A stretch of DNA of 64,000 bases, taken from positions 2,480,221-2,544,220 of the forward strand of contig OY762975.1 of assembly GCA_963667085.2 (NCBI GenBank), read 5' to 3'. Below the pieces are notes generated by a model. The model saw only the letters and a list, made by a program, of their open reading frames with translations, did not search any database and was not told the DNA's origin. Shown here in pieces: positions 11,483 through 20,993 of the stretch (positions within the stretch are counted from its first letter, which is position 1; each line of letters opens with the position of its first letter). The position numbers were made by a program, and so were the translations under genes. The DNA is from Acidimicrobiales bacterium. GTDB taxonomy: Bacteria; Actinomycetota; Acidimicrobiia; Acidimicrobiales; Bin134.

Positions 11483-13252
11483 ATGCAGAGTTATCTCGAT
11501 GAGGAGACCCGGTCCCGAGCTGTCGCGGCCGCGCTCGGCAACGAGTCTTTCGATCTGGTCCTGAGCGGCGGCACCGTTGTCGATGTGGGAACCGGCGAGC
11601 TGCGCCAGTCCGACGTGGGGTTGGTCGGCCCGATGGTCGCCAGCGTCCACCCGACGGGGTCCCGCACCGACACCGCCGACACGTTTGACTGCTCTGATCG
11701 GTTCATCGCGCCCGGGTTCATCGACATGCACGTGCACTTCGAGAGCTCCATGCTCACTCCCGGCGGGTATGCCGAGGTGGTGTGCCCCCGTGGCACGACC
11801 ACGGTCTTCATCGATCCTCACGAGCTGGCCAACATCGCCGGGGTTGAGGGAGTTCGCTACGCAGTCGACGCCAGCCGAGGGCTACCGGTGCGCTTTGTGG
11901 TGCAGGCTCCGTCGTGCGTGCCGCCGCTGCCGGGGTTGGAGCTCTCCGGCCACGACCTTCACGCGGCCGACATCGCCGAGATGCTGTCTTGGGACGAAGT
12001 GGGCGGCCTGGCCGAAGTCATGGACATGGGCGGGGTATTGACCCGCGACGCCCGGATGGTCGACATCGTGGCGGCCGGCCACGACAGCGGCAAGCTGGTC
12101 AGCGGCCATGCTGCCGGCTTGACCGGCCCCGCGCTTCAGGCCTATCTCAGCGCGGGCATTTTCTCTGATCACGAAGTCTTCGCCCACGTCGATGCCATGG
12201 AGAAGCTCCGGGCAGGCATGACGGTCGAGCTGCGGGGCGCGTTCGACTTCGTTCTTCCTCTCTTGATTGAAGAGTTGGCCCAACTTCCGGAGTTCCCCAC
12301 CCACCTCATTGCCGCCACCGACGACCTGTTCGCCCTCACGCTGCTGGAGGAAGGGGGCATCGACGACCTCCTTCGCCGCTTGATCCGCTACGGCCTGTCC
12401 CCGGTGCGGGCTATCCGGATTGCCACCTACAACGCGGCCTACCGACTCCAGCGCACTGATCTGGGCCAGGTCGCCGCCGGTCGGCGGGCCGACATCTTGG
12501 TGCTGTCGTCATTGGAGGAGGTCACGGTCGATGATGTGTTCTTCGACGGCCGCCGGGTGGCCCATGGGGGAGCGATGCTTGAGCCGGTTGTCGAGGCACC
12601 TTCAAATCCTCCGCTCGACACCATCCAACTGCCGGACATGACCCCCGAGCACTTCGTTTTCCGTCTGCCTGAGATTGCCGACGGCAAGCACCGCATCAGA
12701 GTCGTGGAGGGCGTGGTGCTCACCGACTGGGGCGAGACCGAAGTTGAAGTGACCGACGGCATCGTCGCCGTACCCGATGGGTACCTGTTGAATGTGGTCG
12801 TGCATCGCCACGGGCGGATTGCCGCCAATCCGGTGACCGGGCTGCTCGGCGGCTGGGGGGACTGGACCGGCGCGGTGGCCACCACGATCAGCCACGACAC
12901 CCACAATCTCTCGGTGTTCGGGCGCGACCCCTTCGACATGGCGGTGGCGGCCAACGCGGTGATCGCCACCGGAGGGGGAGTGGCCGTGGCCCAAGACGGC
13001 GAGGTCGTGGCGATATTGGAACTTCCGGTGGCGGGGATCCTGTCGCCCCTGCCCGCCGCCGAGGTAGCGAGGATTCAGGGAGAGGTGGGCGTCGCCGCCG
13101 AGGCCATCGGGCTGCCGCCCGGGCCGCTCACCCAACCGTTGTTCTCGGTCATGTTGATGAGCCTGGCCTGTCTGACTGGTCCGCACGTGACCGACATCGG
13201 CGTTGTCGACGGCACACTGAGCGAGCTGGTCGACGATCTCGTCCTGTCGTGA
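11483..13252 (+). CDS. ade: adenine deaminase family protein (COG1001)
   Basis: 589 aa with APGFIDMHVHFESSMLTP and the characteristic adenine-deaminase length and domain order. Confidence 0.85.
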   Translation: MQSYLDEETRSRAVAAALGNESFDLVLSGGTVVDVGTGELRQSDVGLVGPMVASVHPTGSRTDTADTFDCSDRFIAPGFIDMHVHFESSMLTPGGYAEVVCPRGTTTVFIDPHELANIAGVEGVRYAVDASRGLPVRFVVQAPSCVPPLPGLELSGHDLHAADIAEMLSWDEVGGLAEVMDMGGVLTRDARMVDIVAAGHDSGKLVSGHAAGLTGPALQAYLSAGIFSDHEVFAHVDAMEKLRAGMTVELRGAFDFVLPLLIEELAQLPEFPTHLIAATDDLFALTLLEEGGIDDLLRRLIRYGLSPVRAIRIATYNAAYRLQRTDLGQVAAGRRADILVLSSLEEVTVDDVFFDGRRVAHGGAMLEPVVEAPSNPPLDTIQLPDMTPEHFVFRLPEIADGKHRIRVVEGVVLTDWGETEVEVTDGIVAVPDGYLLNVVVHRHGRIAANPVTGLLGGWGDWTGAVATTISHDTHNLSVFGRDPFDMAVAANAVIATGGGVAVAQDGEVVAILELPVAGILSPLPAAEVARIQGEVGVAAEAIGLPPGPLTQPLFSVMLMSLACLTGPHVTDIGVVDGTLSELVDDLVLS

Positions 13253-13253
13253 G

Positions 13254-15092
13254 TTGGCTGCGCATGACCGTCGAGCCCGCGACGCCATGAGCCAGATGTT
13301 CATTGGCGGCGACCTCGTTCCCGATCCCGAGCAGATCCTGCGGCTTCAGGCTGCCGCCCGGGGCGATCAGCCGGCCGACCTGGCCATTCGGGGCGGCACG
13401 GTACTGGCGCTCCACAACCGCGAGCTCATTGAGCGCGACGTTTTGATCGTCGGACAGCACATCGCGGCGGTGACCCCGCCGGGACGGCTGGAGGCCGCCG
13501 CCGAAATCGACGCGTCGGGCCAGTACGTGGCTCCGACATTCATCGATGTCCATCTCCACATCGAATACACCATGCTCACCCCGGGGGAATTGGCCCGGCT
13601 GGTGGTGCCTCGGGGCACCACCACGGTGCTGGCCGACCCCAACTGCCTGGCCAACGTGGTTGGCACCCGAGGGGCCGACGCCATGGCCTCCACCGCCACG
13701 CCGATGCGCATCTTTCAGCAGATCTCCCACAAGATTCCCCGGGTGCCCGATCTGGAACTGGGCGGAGCGGTGATGCCCGAAGAAGATGTGCTCGAACGCC
13801 TCAGTGCCATCAACGTGGCCACGCTGGGCGAGAGCAATCCCTTTGATCTCGACATCTCGGCGGCTCGCAAAGCCCATACCGCCATGGCCGCGGGCCGCCG
13901 GCTCACCGGCCACACCGCCCGCATCGCCGATGAGCCGCTGTGGGCCTACTTGGCCGGAGGGGTCAGCGACGATCACAATGCCTTCAACACCTCAGAGGTG
14001 ATCGACCGGCTCCGCCTCGGGGTCATGATCACCGTCATGTCGGGGTCGATGAACGACAACGTGCCCTTAGTATTCGAGGACGTCGACGCGGTGGCGGGCG
14101 GATTCGACTACATGAGCTTCTGCGCCGACGACCGCCATGTTGAGGACCTCCGCGATGAGGGCCATATCGACCATCACGTCCGCAGCGCCATCGCCGTCGG
14201 GGTGCCCGCCATCGAGGCCTACCGCATGGCCTCGCTCAACGCCGCCCAGTACTACCGCCTCGATCACCTGCTCGGTTCGATAACTCCCAGCCGACTGGCC
14301 GACGTGATGATCCTCGACGATCTGGACAAGGTGCAGCCATCGCTGGTCATCGTGGGAGGCGAGGTGGCCGGTCGAGACGGCGAGGCTGCCTTCGCCAACC
14401 CCGACACCATGCCCGATTGGATTCGCAACACCGTGCATTTGCCGGGCGATTTCGGACCCGACCTGTTCCGGGTGGAAGCCAACGCCGCCCCCGATGAGGT
14501 GGCGGTGGTACGGGCCATGGAGATGTACGACGGCTACTTCAAGCGGGCCATGGAGGCCGAACTCCCGGTGGTGGACGGCAACGTAGTCCCCGATCCCGCC
14601 ATCGACATCGCCAAGATCACCGTCGTCGACCGCCATCACGGCACCGACACCCGGGCCACGGGATTTGTGCGGGGGTTCGGCCTCACGCGGGGCGCCTTGG
14701 GCATCACCAGCAACTGCGAGAACCAGAACCTGGTCGTGGTGGGAACCAGCGACGAAGACCTCGCTCACGCCGCCCGCACGCTCCAACAGATCGGCGGCGG
14801 CTACGTGTGTGTGGCCGACGGCGAGGTTCTGGCCTCCGTTCCGCTGCCGCTGGGGGGCATTATGAGCGACCAGCCGTGGGAGCAGGTGTACAACCAGTCG
14901 ATCGCCGCCAACCAAGCCGCGGCCTCGCTCGGATGCGAGATCGCGTCGCCGTACATGATCTTGGCCTTCGTGGGGCTAGCTGGGGTGCCCGACTACGGCC
15001 TCACTGAGAAGGGTCTCATCGACACCATGACCCAGTCGTTCATCCCGGTGCTGCTGTGCTGTCGATGCCCCCAGCACGTTCACACGGGATAA
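13254..15092 (+). CDS. adenine deaminase family protein, second tandem paralog
   Basis: 612-aa ORF (TTG 13254; ATG 13287 MSQMFIGG is an alternative) with APTFIDVHLHIEYTMLTP. It starts 1-35 nt after the previous paralog. Confidence 0.8.
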   Translation: MAAHDRRARDAMSQMFIGGDLVPDPEQILRLQAAARGDQPADLAIRGGTVLALHNRELIERDVLIVGQHIAAVTPPGRLEAAAEIDASGQYVAPTFIDVHLHIEYTMLTPGELARLVVPRGTTTVLADPNCLANVVGTRGADAMASTATPMRIFQQISHKIPRVPDLELGGAVMPEEDVLERLSAINVATLGESNPFDLDISAARKAHTAMAAGRRLTGHTARIADEPLWAYLAGGVSDDHNAFNTSEVIDRLRLGVMITVMSGSMNDNVPLVFEDVDAVAGGFDYMSFCADDRHVEDLRDEGHIDHHVRSAIAVGVPAIEAYRMASLNAAQYYRLDHLLGSITPSRLADVMILDDLDKVQPSLVIVGGEVAGRDGEAAFANPDTMPDWIRNTVHLPGDFGPDLFRVEANAAPDEVAVVRAMEMYDGYFKRAMEAELPVVDGNVVPDPAIDIAKITVVDRHHGTDTRATGFVRGFGLTRGALGITSNCENQNLVVVGTSDEDLAHAARTLQQIGGGYVCVADGEVLASVPLPLGGIMSDQPWEQVYNQSIAANQAAASLGCEIASPYMILAFVGLAGVPDYGLTEKGLIDTMTQSFIPVLLCCRCPQHVHTG

Positions 15093-15121
15093 GCACGGGA
15101 ATTGAAACCAAGGAGGAGACA

Positions 15122-16360
15122 ATGACATTGAGACGGCTGCTGGGTTCGGCGATTGCGCCTCCGGTGCTCGACGCCGACGAAGAAAGCGCTCTAGCGACAC
15201 TCGACGAGGCGATTACCGAGGTGGTGGCACCCCTTGCCCCCGAGCACGACGATGAGGGCCGGTATCCCACCCGCGCCGTCGAAGCCCTCAAAGGCTGCGA
15301 GATTCTTGGATTGGCCGTTCCCGCCGAGTTCGGCGGCGTCGGCGCCTCGCACACCGCCAGCCTGCATGCCCAGGTGCGATTGGCGGTGGCCGACTCGTCG
15401 GTAGCTCAGGTGTTCAAAGTACACGACGAGCTGGTGCGGGAGATCTTCAGCTACTGCACCGATGACTTGAAGCCCCGGTTGGCCTCGTTGGTCCTAGAGG
15501 AGAACGCCATGTTGGGCCTGGCGGTGGCCGAGGCGGGCCGGACAGTGGCCGATCCGTTTACCACGGTGGCACTGGAGCAAGAAGACGGCAGCCACCTCAT
15601 CAACGGCCAGAAGATCTACACCACGGGCTCGGCAGAAGCCGACTACGTGGCGGTATGGGGCGTCAACCCCGAGCGGTTCACTCCGGAAAATCCGTTCTTC
15701 GCCCTCCAATTGAACCTGGTGGCCAAGGACACCCCGGGCATGACCGTCCATCGCGACTGGGACACGCTGGGCCAACGGGCCACCGACTCGGGGTCCATCA
15801 GCTTTGAGAACGTCCATGTGGGTGCCGAGTGGAATGCCAGCATTCCCGGGCGGGCGCCGTTGCCCCATTCGGGGGTCCGGTTCGAGGCCGGTTTTGCGGC
15901 GGTGAACGTGGGCATCGGCATCGGTGCGCTTCAGGCTGCGGTGCCGTTCGTGAACGAGCACAGCCGCCCGTGGCCCTCGGCTGAGGTACAGAACGCCGCC
16001 GACGATCCCATGGTGCAGCGGGCGGCGGGGGAGTTAGTGGCCGATTTGGCCGCGGCCCACGAACTGACCATGCGCTGCGGGGAACTTATCGACGCCTTCG
16101 AGCGGGGGGAGATGAGCCGCACCGATCTGGCCATTCCGATCTATGCCGCTCGCTCTGCCGCCGACCGGGCCGGATTGGCCGCGGCTCAGGGCATCTTCGG
16201 GCTCATGGGTACCCGGTCGGTACGGCGTCCACTGGGCTTCGACCAATGGTGGCGCAACGTCCGCACGCTCTCGCTTCACGATCCAGTGGAGTGGAAGCAC
16301 GCCGAGATCGGCAAGCACGTCCTCACCGGCTGGGACCCGCCCCCCGGCATTTACACATGA
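15122..16360 (+). CDS. acyl-CoA dehydrogenase-fold flavoprotein (type-2 / DszC-SfnB-like group possible)
   Basis: ORF 15056-16360 trimmed to ATG 15122, which follows SD aaggagga. Three-domain ACAD layout with ...INGQKIYTTGS... and ...GQRATDSGSISFENVHV... Confidence 0.8.
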   Translation: MTLRRLLGSAIAPPVLDADEESALATLDEAITEVVAPLAPEHDDEGRYPTRAVEALKGCEILGLAVPAEFGGVGASHTASLHAQVRLAVADSSVAQVFKVHDELVREIFSYCTDDLKPRLASLVLEENAMLGLAVAEAGRTVADPFTTVALEQEDGSHLINGQKIYTTGSAEADYVAVWGVNPERFTPENPFFALQLNLVAKDTPGMTVHRDWDTLGQRATDSGSISFENVHVGAEWNASIPGRAPLPHSGVRFEAGFAAVNVGIGIGALQAAVPFVNEHSRPWPSAEVQNAADDPMVQRAAGELVADLAAAHELTMRCGELIDAFERGEMSRTDLAIPIYAARSAADRAGLAAAQGIFGLMGTRSVRRPLGFDQWWRNVRTLSLHDPVEWKHAEIGKHVLTGWDPPPGIYT

Positions 16361-17358
16361 CGGCGCTCAGCGAGCAGCAGGTACGCGCTGTCCCCAAAAT
16401 CGAGCTGCACATCCATCTTGAGGGCACGTTTCGCCCGGCCCGAGTGGCCGAGTTAGCCGCCATGGCTGGCGAGGAGCCACCCCGGCCGGTGGACCGGCTA
16501 TTCGAGGTGGACAATCTGGCCGATTTCCTGGAAAGCCTCGACTGGGTGTGCGGCCTGGTCCGCGACGAACCCACCGCTGAACAAGTGGCTTACGACTTTG
16601 CGGTTTATGCCCACGACCAGGGCATCGTTTACGCCGAAGTCATCGTCAATCCCACGCACTGGTCAGGACTGACCACCGCAGAGCTTTTCTCCGCCTGCGC
16701 CCGCGGCTTCAACCGAGCCCAGGCCGATGGGTTGGGCGACTTCCGTTTGCTCCCGTCGATCCTTCGCCAGCAGTCCGAACAGGACGCCCGCCAACTGGTG
16801 GAGTGGATCGAAGGCGCGGGACTGGATCGAATCGTCGGACTCTCCATTGACGGCAACGAGGAAGCCGCCGGTCGCACTGGTCCTCGTTTCGCCCCCGCCT
16901 ATTCCCAGGCCGCTCGAATTGGACTGGGGCGCACAGCCCACGCAGGCGAGTCGTCGGGAGCCGAGGGGGTCCGCGACGCCATCGAACTGTTGGGGGTGAG
17001 CCGCATCGATCACGGGGTCCGCTGCATCGAGGATCCTGAGGTGTTGGGCATGGTGTTGGAGCGGGGCATCACGCTGAACGTCTGCCTGACGTCCAACTGC
17101 ACCCTGCTCTATTCGAGCCTGGACGACCACCCGATCCGAGAGCTAGCCACCGCAGGCGTGCGTTTCACCATCAACACCGATGACCCTGAAACCCTGGGCA
17201 TCTCGCTGTGCAGCGAGCTCACGCTTGCCGCCGAGCACCTTGGCTGGAATCTGAATGATCTAGTTGAAGCCCAGCACCGGGCCATCGATGCCACATTCTG
17301 CTCAGACGCCGACAAACAGGCGCTCAGAGCCCTGATCGATCAGACCGTGGGGACGTAG
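16357..17358 (+). CDS. add: adenosine deaminase
   Basis: ORF trimmed to ATG 16357, an ATGA overlap with the upstream stop. Motifs PKIELHIHLEGT, HAGES and FTINTDDP. Confidence 0.88.
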   Translation: MTALSEQQVRAVPKIELHIHLEGTFRPARVAELAAMAGEEPPRPVDRLFEVDNLADFLESLDWVCGLVRDEPTAEQVAYDFAVYAHDQGIVYAEVIVNPTHWSGLTTAELFSACARGFNRAQADGLGDFRLLPSILRQQSEQDARQLVEWIEGAGLDRIVGLSIDGNEEAAGRTGPRFAPAYSQAARIGLGRTAHAGESSGAEGVRDAIELLGVSRIDHGVRCIEDPEVLGMVLERGITLNVCLTSNCTLLYSSLDDHPIRELATAGVRFTINTDDPETLGISLCSELTLAAEHLGWNLNDLVEAQHRAIDATFCSDADKQALRALIDQTVGT

Positions 17359-18275
17359 TTCTCGCCCAAACCTCGAGGCATACGGGCCCACCGGGCGCTG
17401 ACGGTGAGGATCACCAGGGCCACAAAGAACGGTATGGCGTTGAGACCCTCGATGGGCACGTCCACGAACACGTTGTTGAGGTTGAACCCCAGGGCCTCGA
17501 AGAACCCGAAGACGAACGCCCCTACCGCGGCCCCCCAGATACTCCAACTGGCCATGATGATCACGATGAGGGCGATGAACCCCCGGTTCGCGGTGAGGTA
17601 CGGCTGAAATCGGCCCACGCTGCCCAGCATCAGCGCCGCGCCGCCCAAGCCTCCGAGGAATCCCGAGATCAGCGTGGCCTGAGTGCGTATGCGCAAGACG
17701 TCGACCCCCTTGGCCGCAGCGGCGTCGGGGTCTTCCCCTACCGCCTTCACTTGGAGACCGAAGATGGTCCGGGAAGCGACGAATCCGGCGACGATCACCA
17801 GACCCAGGGACAGCCACGTGTACCAGCTGTGGCCAAAGACGGCATCGCCGAGCCACGGGATATCCGACAGGAGCGGGATGTCGATCTCCGACGGCAGGGA
17901 GACCTGACGGTCTCGTCCCCCGACATCGGTGGTCTCGTGGAAGATGTATCCCGTGGTTCCTATGCCGAGGATGGTCAGCCCGAAGCCGACCACTACCTGG
18001 TTGGCAAACAGACGAATGGAGAGCAAGACCATGAGGCTGGCCAACGCCATCCCGGCCAGACCTCCCATCAAGAAGCCGAGCGGGGCCGAGGTCGGATCGG
18101 CGACATAGAGGGAACTCAGGGCACCGATGATCATGTAGCCCTCAAGCCCGAGGTTCAAGACACCAGCCCGCTGGGCGAACGTCTCGCCGATGGATGCGTA
18201 GATCAGCGGGGTGGCCAAGCGCAGTCCGCCGGCCACGGTGGCGCTCCAGAACGTGGCTTCCAGGAGCTGGCTCAT
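17340..18275 (-). CDS. ABC transporter permease (BMP/nucleoside-type system)
   Basis: ORF 17340-18722 trimmed to ATG 18275 (MSQLLEATFWS...), an ATGA overlap with the upstream permease stop at 18272-18274. Multi-TM sequence. Confidence 0.85.
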   Translation of the reverse strand: MSQLLEATFWSATVAGGLRLATPLIYASIGETFAQRAGVLNLGLEGYMIIGALSSLYVADPTSAPLGFLMGGLAGMALASLMVLLSIRLFANQVVVGFGLTILGIGTTGYIFHETTDVGGRDRQVSLPSEIDIPLLSDIPWLGDAVFGHSWYTWLSLGLVIVAGFVASRTIFGLQVKAVGEDPDAAAAKGVDVLRIRTQATLISGFLGGLGGAALMLGSVGRFQPYLTANRGFIALIVIIMASWSIWGAAVGAFVFGFFEALGFNLNNVFVDVPIEGLNAIPFFVALVILTVSARWARMPRGLGENYVPTV

Positions 18276-19396
18276 GCCCGTCTCTTCCCGATGAGCGTGA
18301 AGTTGGCCATGACCCCGCGGGTGAGGCGGATGATCTGGGGGGCATAGCGGATGGAGAATCCCAGCAGGAGGAGCGCTTGGATGATGTCGGAGAGCGAGGC
18401 CGGGATGCCCTCCGAGGACTGCATGGCCAGACCGCCGGATTGGAGGGCACCAAACAACAGCGCGGCCACCAGCACTCCGCCCGCGGTGGCGCCGCCGAGG
18501 AAGGCGACGACGAGGCCGAAGAACCCGATGTCGGAGGCAATTTGGACGTAGACCCGCTGGAGCAGCCCCGCCGCCTGCATCCAACCCACAAGACCGGCAG
18601 TAGCCCCGGAGATGAGCAGCGAGTTGATGATGACGCGGTTGCCGGAGATGCCCAGGCTCTGGGCCAAGCTGGGGTTCTCGCCGTACAGGTCGTAGCTGAA
18701 CCCCCGGTCTGAGCGCACCCACCAGACAAAGGCGAGTCCAATCGCGAAGGCGGCGAAAACCCCGAAGTGGAACCGGGTGCCGTCGACTACCAGTCCGAGG
18801 ATGCCGTTCTTCGGATAGGGCTCCGACTGCGGGGTGATGGCAGTGGGGGGCTTGAGGGGGTTGTTCAACAGGTACTCGATGAGCAGAGCGGCGAATTCGG
18901 TGAACAGCAGGGTGGAGAGAATCTCGTTCACGTTGAAGTGGGCGCGCAGCAGCGCGGGAATCAGTACCCAGGCCATGCCGAAAAGAGCGCCTCCAAGGGC
19001 GGCAGCCGGTATGGCGACGGCCGAAGGGGCGTTCTCGAAGAACTGGGCGGTCAACAGCGCTCCGATGGCGCCGGCCACCACTTGGCCTTGGGCGCCGATG
19101 GTGATCAACCCGGCACGAAGGGCAACCGCGGTTCCGTATCCGACAATGGCCAGGGGAGCGGCCCGAGACAGCGTCTCACCGAGGGCGAAGTTCGACCCGA
19201 ACGCACCGTCAACCATGGCGGAGTAGGCAGTCAGCGGGTTCTCCCCGGACATGAGCAAGATGAGCCCGCCGATGACCAAGGCGATCAGAACGGCAAAGAC
19301 ACTGGTGGACAATGACGTGGTGAGCCTGCGCTCCTCGCCAGCGGGAGGGGCGGACCGAACGTCGTCCAAATCGCCGTCGGCGACAACGTCAGCCAC
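18272..19396 (-). CDS. ABC transporter permease (BMP/nucleoside-type system)
   Basis: 374 aa and multi-TM, with an 8-nt overlap with the upstream ATPase gene. Confidence 0.85.
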   Translation of the reverse strand: MADVVADGDLDDVRSAPPAGEERRLTTSLSTSVFAVLIALVIGGLILLMSGENPLTAYSAMVDGAFGSNFALGETLSRAAPLAIVGYGTAVALRAGLITIGAQGQVVAGAIGALLTAQFFENAPSAVAIPAAALGGALFGMAWVLIPALLRAHFNVNEILSTLLFTEFAALLIEYLLNNPLKPPTAITPQSEPYPKNGILGLVVDGTRFHFGVFAAFAIGLAFVWWVRSDRGFSYDLYGENPSLAQSLGISGNRVIINSLLISGATAGLVGWMQAAGLLQRVYVQIASDIGFFGLVVAFLGGATAGGVLVAALLFGALQSGGLAMQSSEGIPASLSDIIQALLLLGFSIRYAPQIIRLTRGVMANFTLIGKRRA

Positions 19397-20993
19397 TGGT
19401 CGCTCCCGCAGACTCGGTCAAACCAGCCATGGCTGCACCCACTCGCTCAGAGGTCATGTCCTCGATGGGGAACGCATCGGTCACCGCTCCCCGGTAGAGC
19501 ACGATGACCCGGTGAGCCAGGTCAGCCACCTCGTCGAGGTCGGCGGAGATCACAACCACAGCACCGCCGGCTTGGGCGGCGGCGAAGCAGCGATCGCGCA
19601 TGGCCTTGGCCGCTTCGGGGTCGAGTCCCTTCGTCGGACCATGGGCCACCAGAACCGTGGGGTTCTTCTCGAGCTCGCGAGCGGCCATCAACTTCTGCTG
19701 GTTCCCGCCCGAGAGCGAGTTGGCCCTCGCAGCGGGATCAGGAGGACGGACTTGGAATCGTTCGGCCAGTTCCCGGGCGTGGCGGGCAATCTTGTCCGGC
19801 AATCTGACGCCGAAACGGGTGAATCTCCGGCTTCCCACATGGCGAGCGGTGGCATTGTCGGCCACCGAGAACGCCGCGGCCAGTCCGGTGGCGCGGTCTT
19901 CATGCAGGTGGGCGACCCCGGCGGCAATGGCCTCGCGGGCTGATCCAGAGATGTCCACACCGTCCACCAGAACATGGCCGCTCGACAGCTTGACCTGCCC
20001 GGTAAGGGCTTTGGCCAACGATTCTTGGCCGTTGCCAGCGATGCCGACCACCCCGAGAATCTCCCCACCGTCCACCTCGAAATCGAGACCGTGACAGCCG
20101 ACCTCTTGTGTCGACGAGACTGAGAGATCGCTCACGCTCAATCGAATCGGTCCCCGCTCGATCTCGGGCCGATTGACCTCAAGGAGAGTGACATCGCCGA
20201 TCATCAAAGTGGCGACCTCGCGGAGGTCGGCGGCCCGCACATCGGCCCCTTCGACCACCACCCGGCCGGCCCGGAGAACGGTGAGGCGGTCGGCCAGTTC
20301 AGCCAGCTCGGGCAAGCGGTGGGAGATATACAGGATCGGGGTGCCCTCGCCCCGGAGCCGGTGACACAGCGCGATCAGGGCATCGGTCTCCAGCGGCCCG
20401 AGCGCGGAACTGGGCTCGTCGAGGATCAGGAGCCGCGCTCCCCAGGCCACCGCGATGAGAATCTCGGCCTGCTGTCGCACCGCCAGCGGCATGTCGTCGA
20501 CCAGCGTTTCCGCTGGAACGCTGAGGGCGAACTCATCGGACCACCGCTCGACCTCGGCCCGGGCTGCGGCGGCGTTGAAGACTGCGGGCGCACCGGGCCG
20601 ACCGAGCTGAAGGTTCTGGGCGACGGTGAGTCCTCGGACCAGCGAAAGCTGTTGTCGTACATGGGCGACACCGGCGGCGGCGCCTTCTCGACGAGACGAC
20701 GGTTGATACGGCTGGCCAAACAGGCTCATCGAGCCGGCGTCAGACCGGATCGAACCGGCGACGATCTTGGCCAGCGTGGATTTGCCCGCTCCGTTTTCGC
20801 CGACGAGGGCGTGAATCTCACCTGATTCCAGCGTGAAATCCACTTTGGCCAGCGCCTGGACGGACCCGAACCGCCGGGAGATGCCCCTTACCGAGAGGGG
20901 CGTACCGGTGGCCGGGCCCGCGCCTGGTTCTGCGTTCAACGACGGTCTAGCCGGGGAATGGGATCGCGAATTCGCCGGCTTGGATGGAGGCAA
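19389..20993 (-). CDS. ABC transporter ATP-binding protein, duplicated ATPase
   Basis: Two ABC halves, with Walker A GENGAGKST and signature LSGGNQQK in the second half. The track start TTG 20993 overlaps the SBP gene by 47 nt. An in-frame TTG at 20939, 7 nt after the SBP stop, is an alternative start. Confidence 0.85.
   Translation of the reverse strand: MPPSKPANSRSHSPARPSLNAEPGAGPATGTPLSVRGISRRFGSVQALAKVDFTLESGEIHALVGENGAGKSTLAKIVAGSIRSDAGSMSLFGQPYQPSSRREGAAAGVAHVRQQLSLVRGLTVAQNLQLGRPGAPAVFNAAAARAEVERWSDEFALSVPAETLVDDMPLAVRQQAEILIAVAWGARLLILDEPSSALGPLETDALIALCHRLRGEGTPILYISHRLPELAELADRLTVLRAGRVVVEGADVRAADLREVATLMIGDVTLLEVNRPEIERGPIRLSVSDLSVSSTQEVGCHGLDFEVDGGEILGVVGIAGNGQESLAKALTGQVKLSSGHVLVDGVDISGSAREAIAAGVAHLHEDRATGLAAAFSVADNATARHVGSRRFTRFGVRLPDKIARHARELAERFQVRPPDPAARANSLSGGNQQKLMAARELEKNPTVLVAHGPTKGLDPEAAKAMRDRCFAAAQAGGAVVVISADLDEVADLAHRVIVLYRGAVTDAFPIEDMTSERVGAAMAGLTESAGATSG

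Noticed and set aside
18276-18722. N-terminal 149 aa of ORF 17340-18722 (Arg/Pro/His-rich)
   Set aside because: It overlaps the upstream permease gene in another frame. ATG 18275 gives a normal permease N-terminus and an ATGA stop-start overlap.
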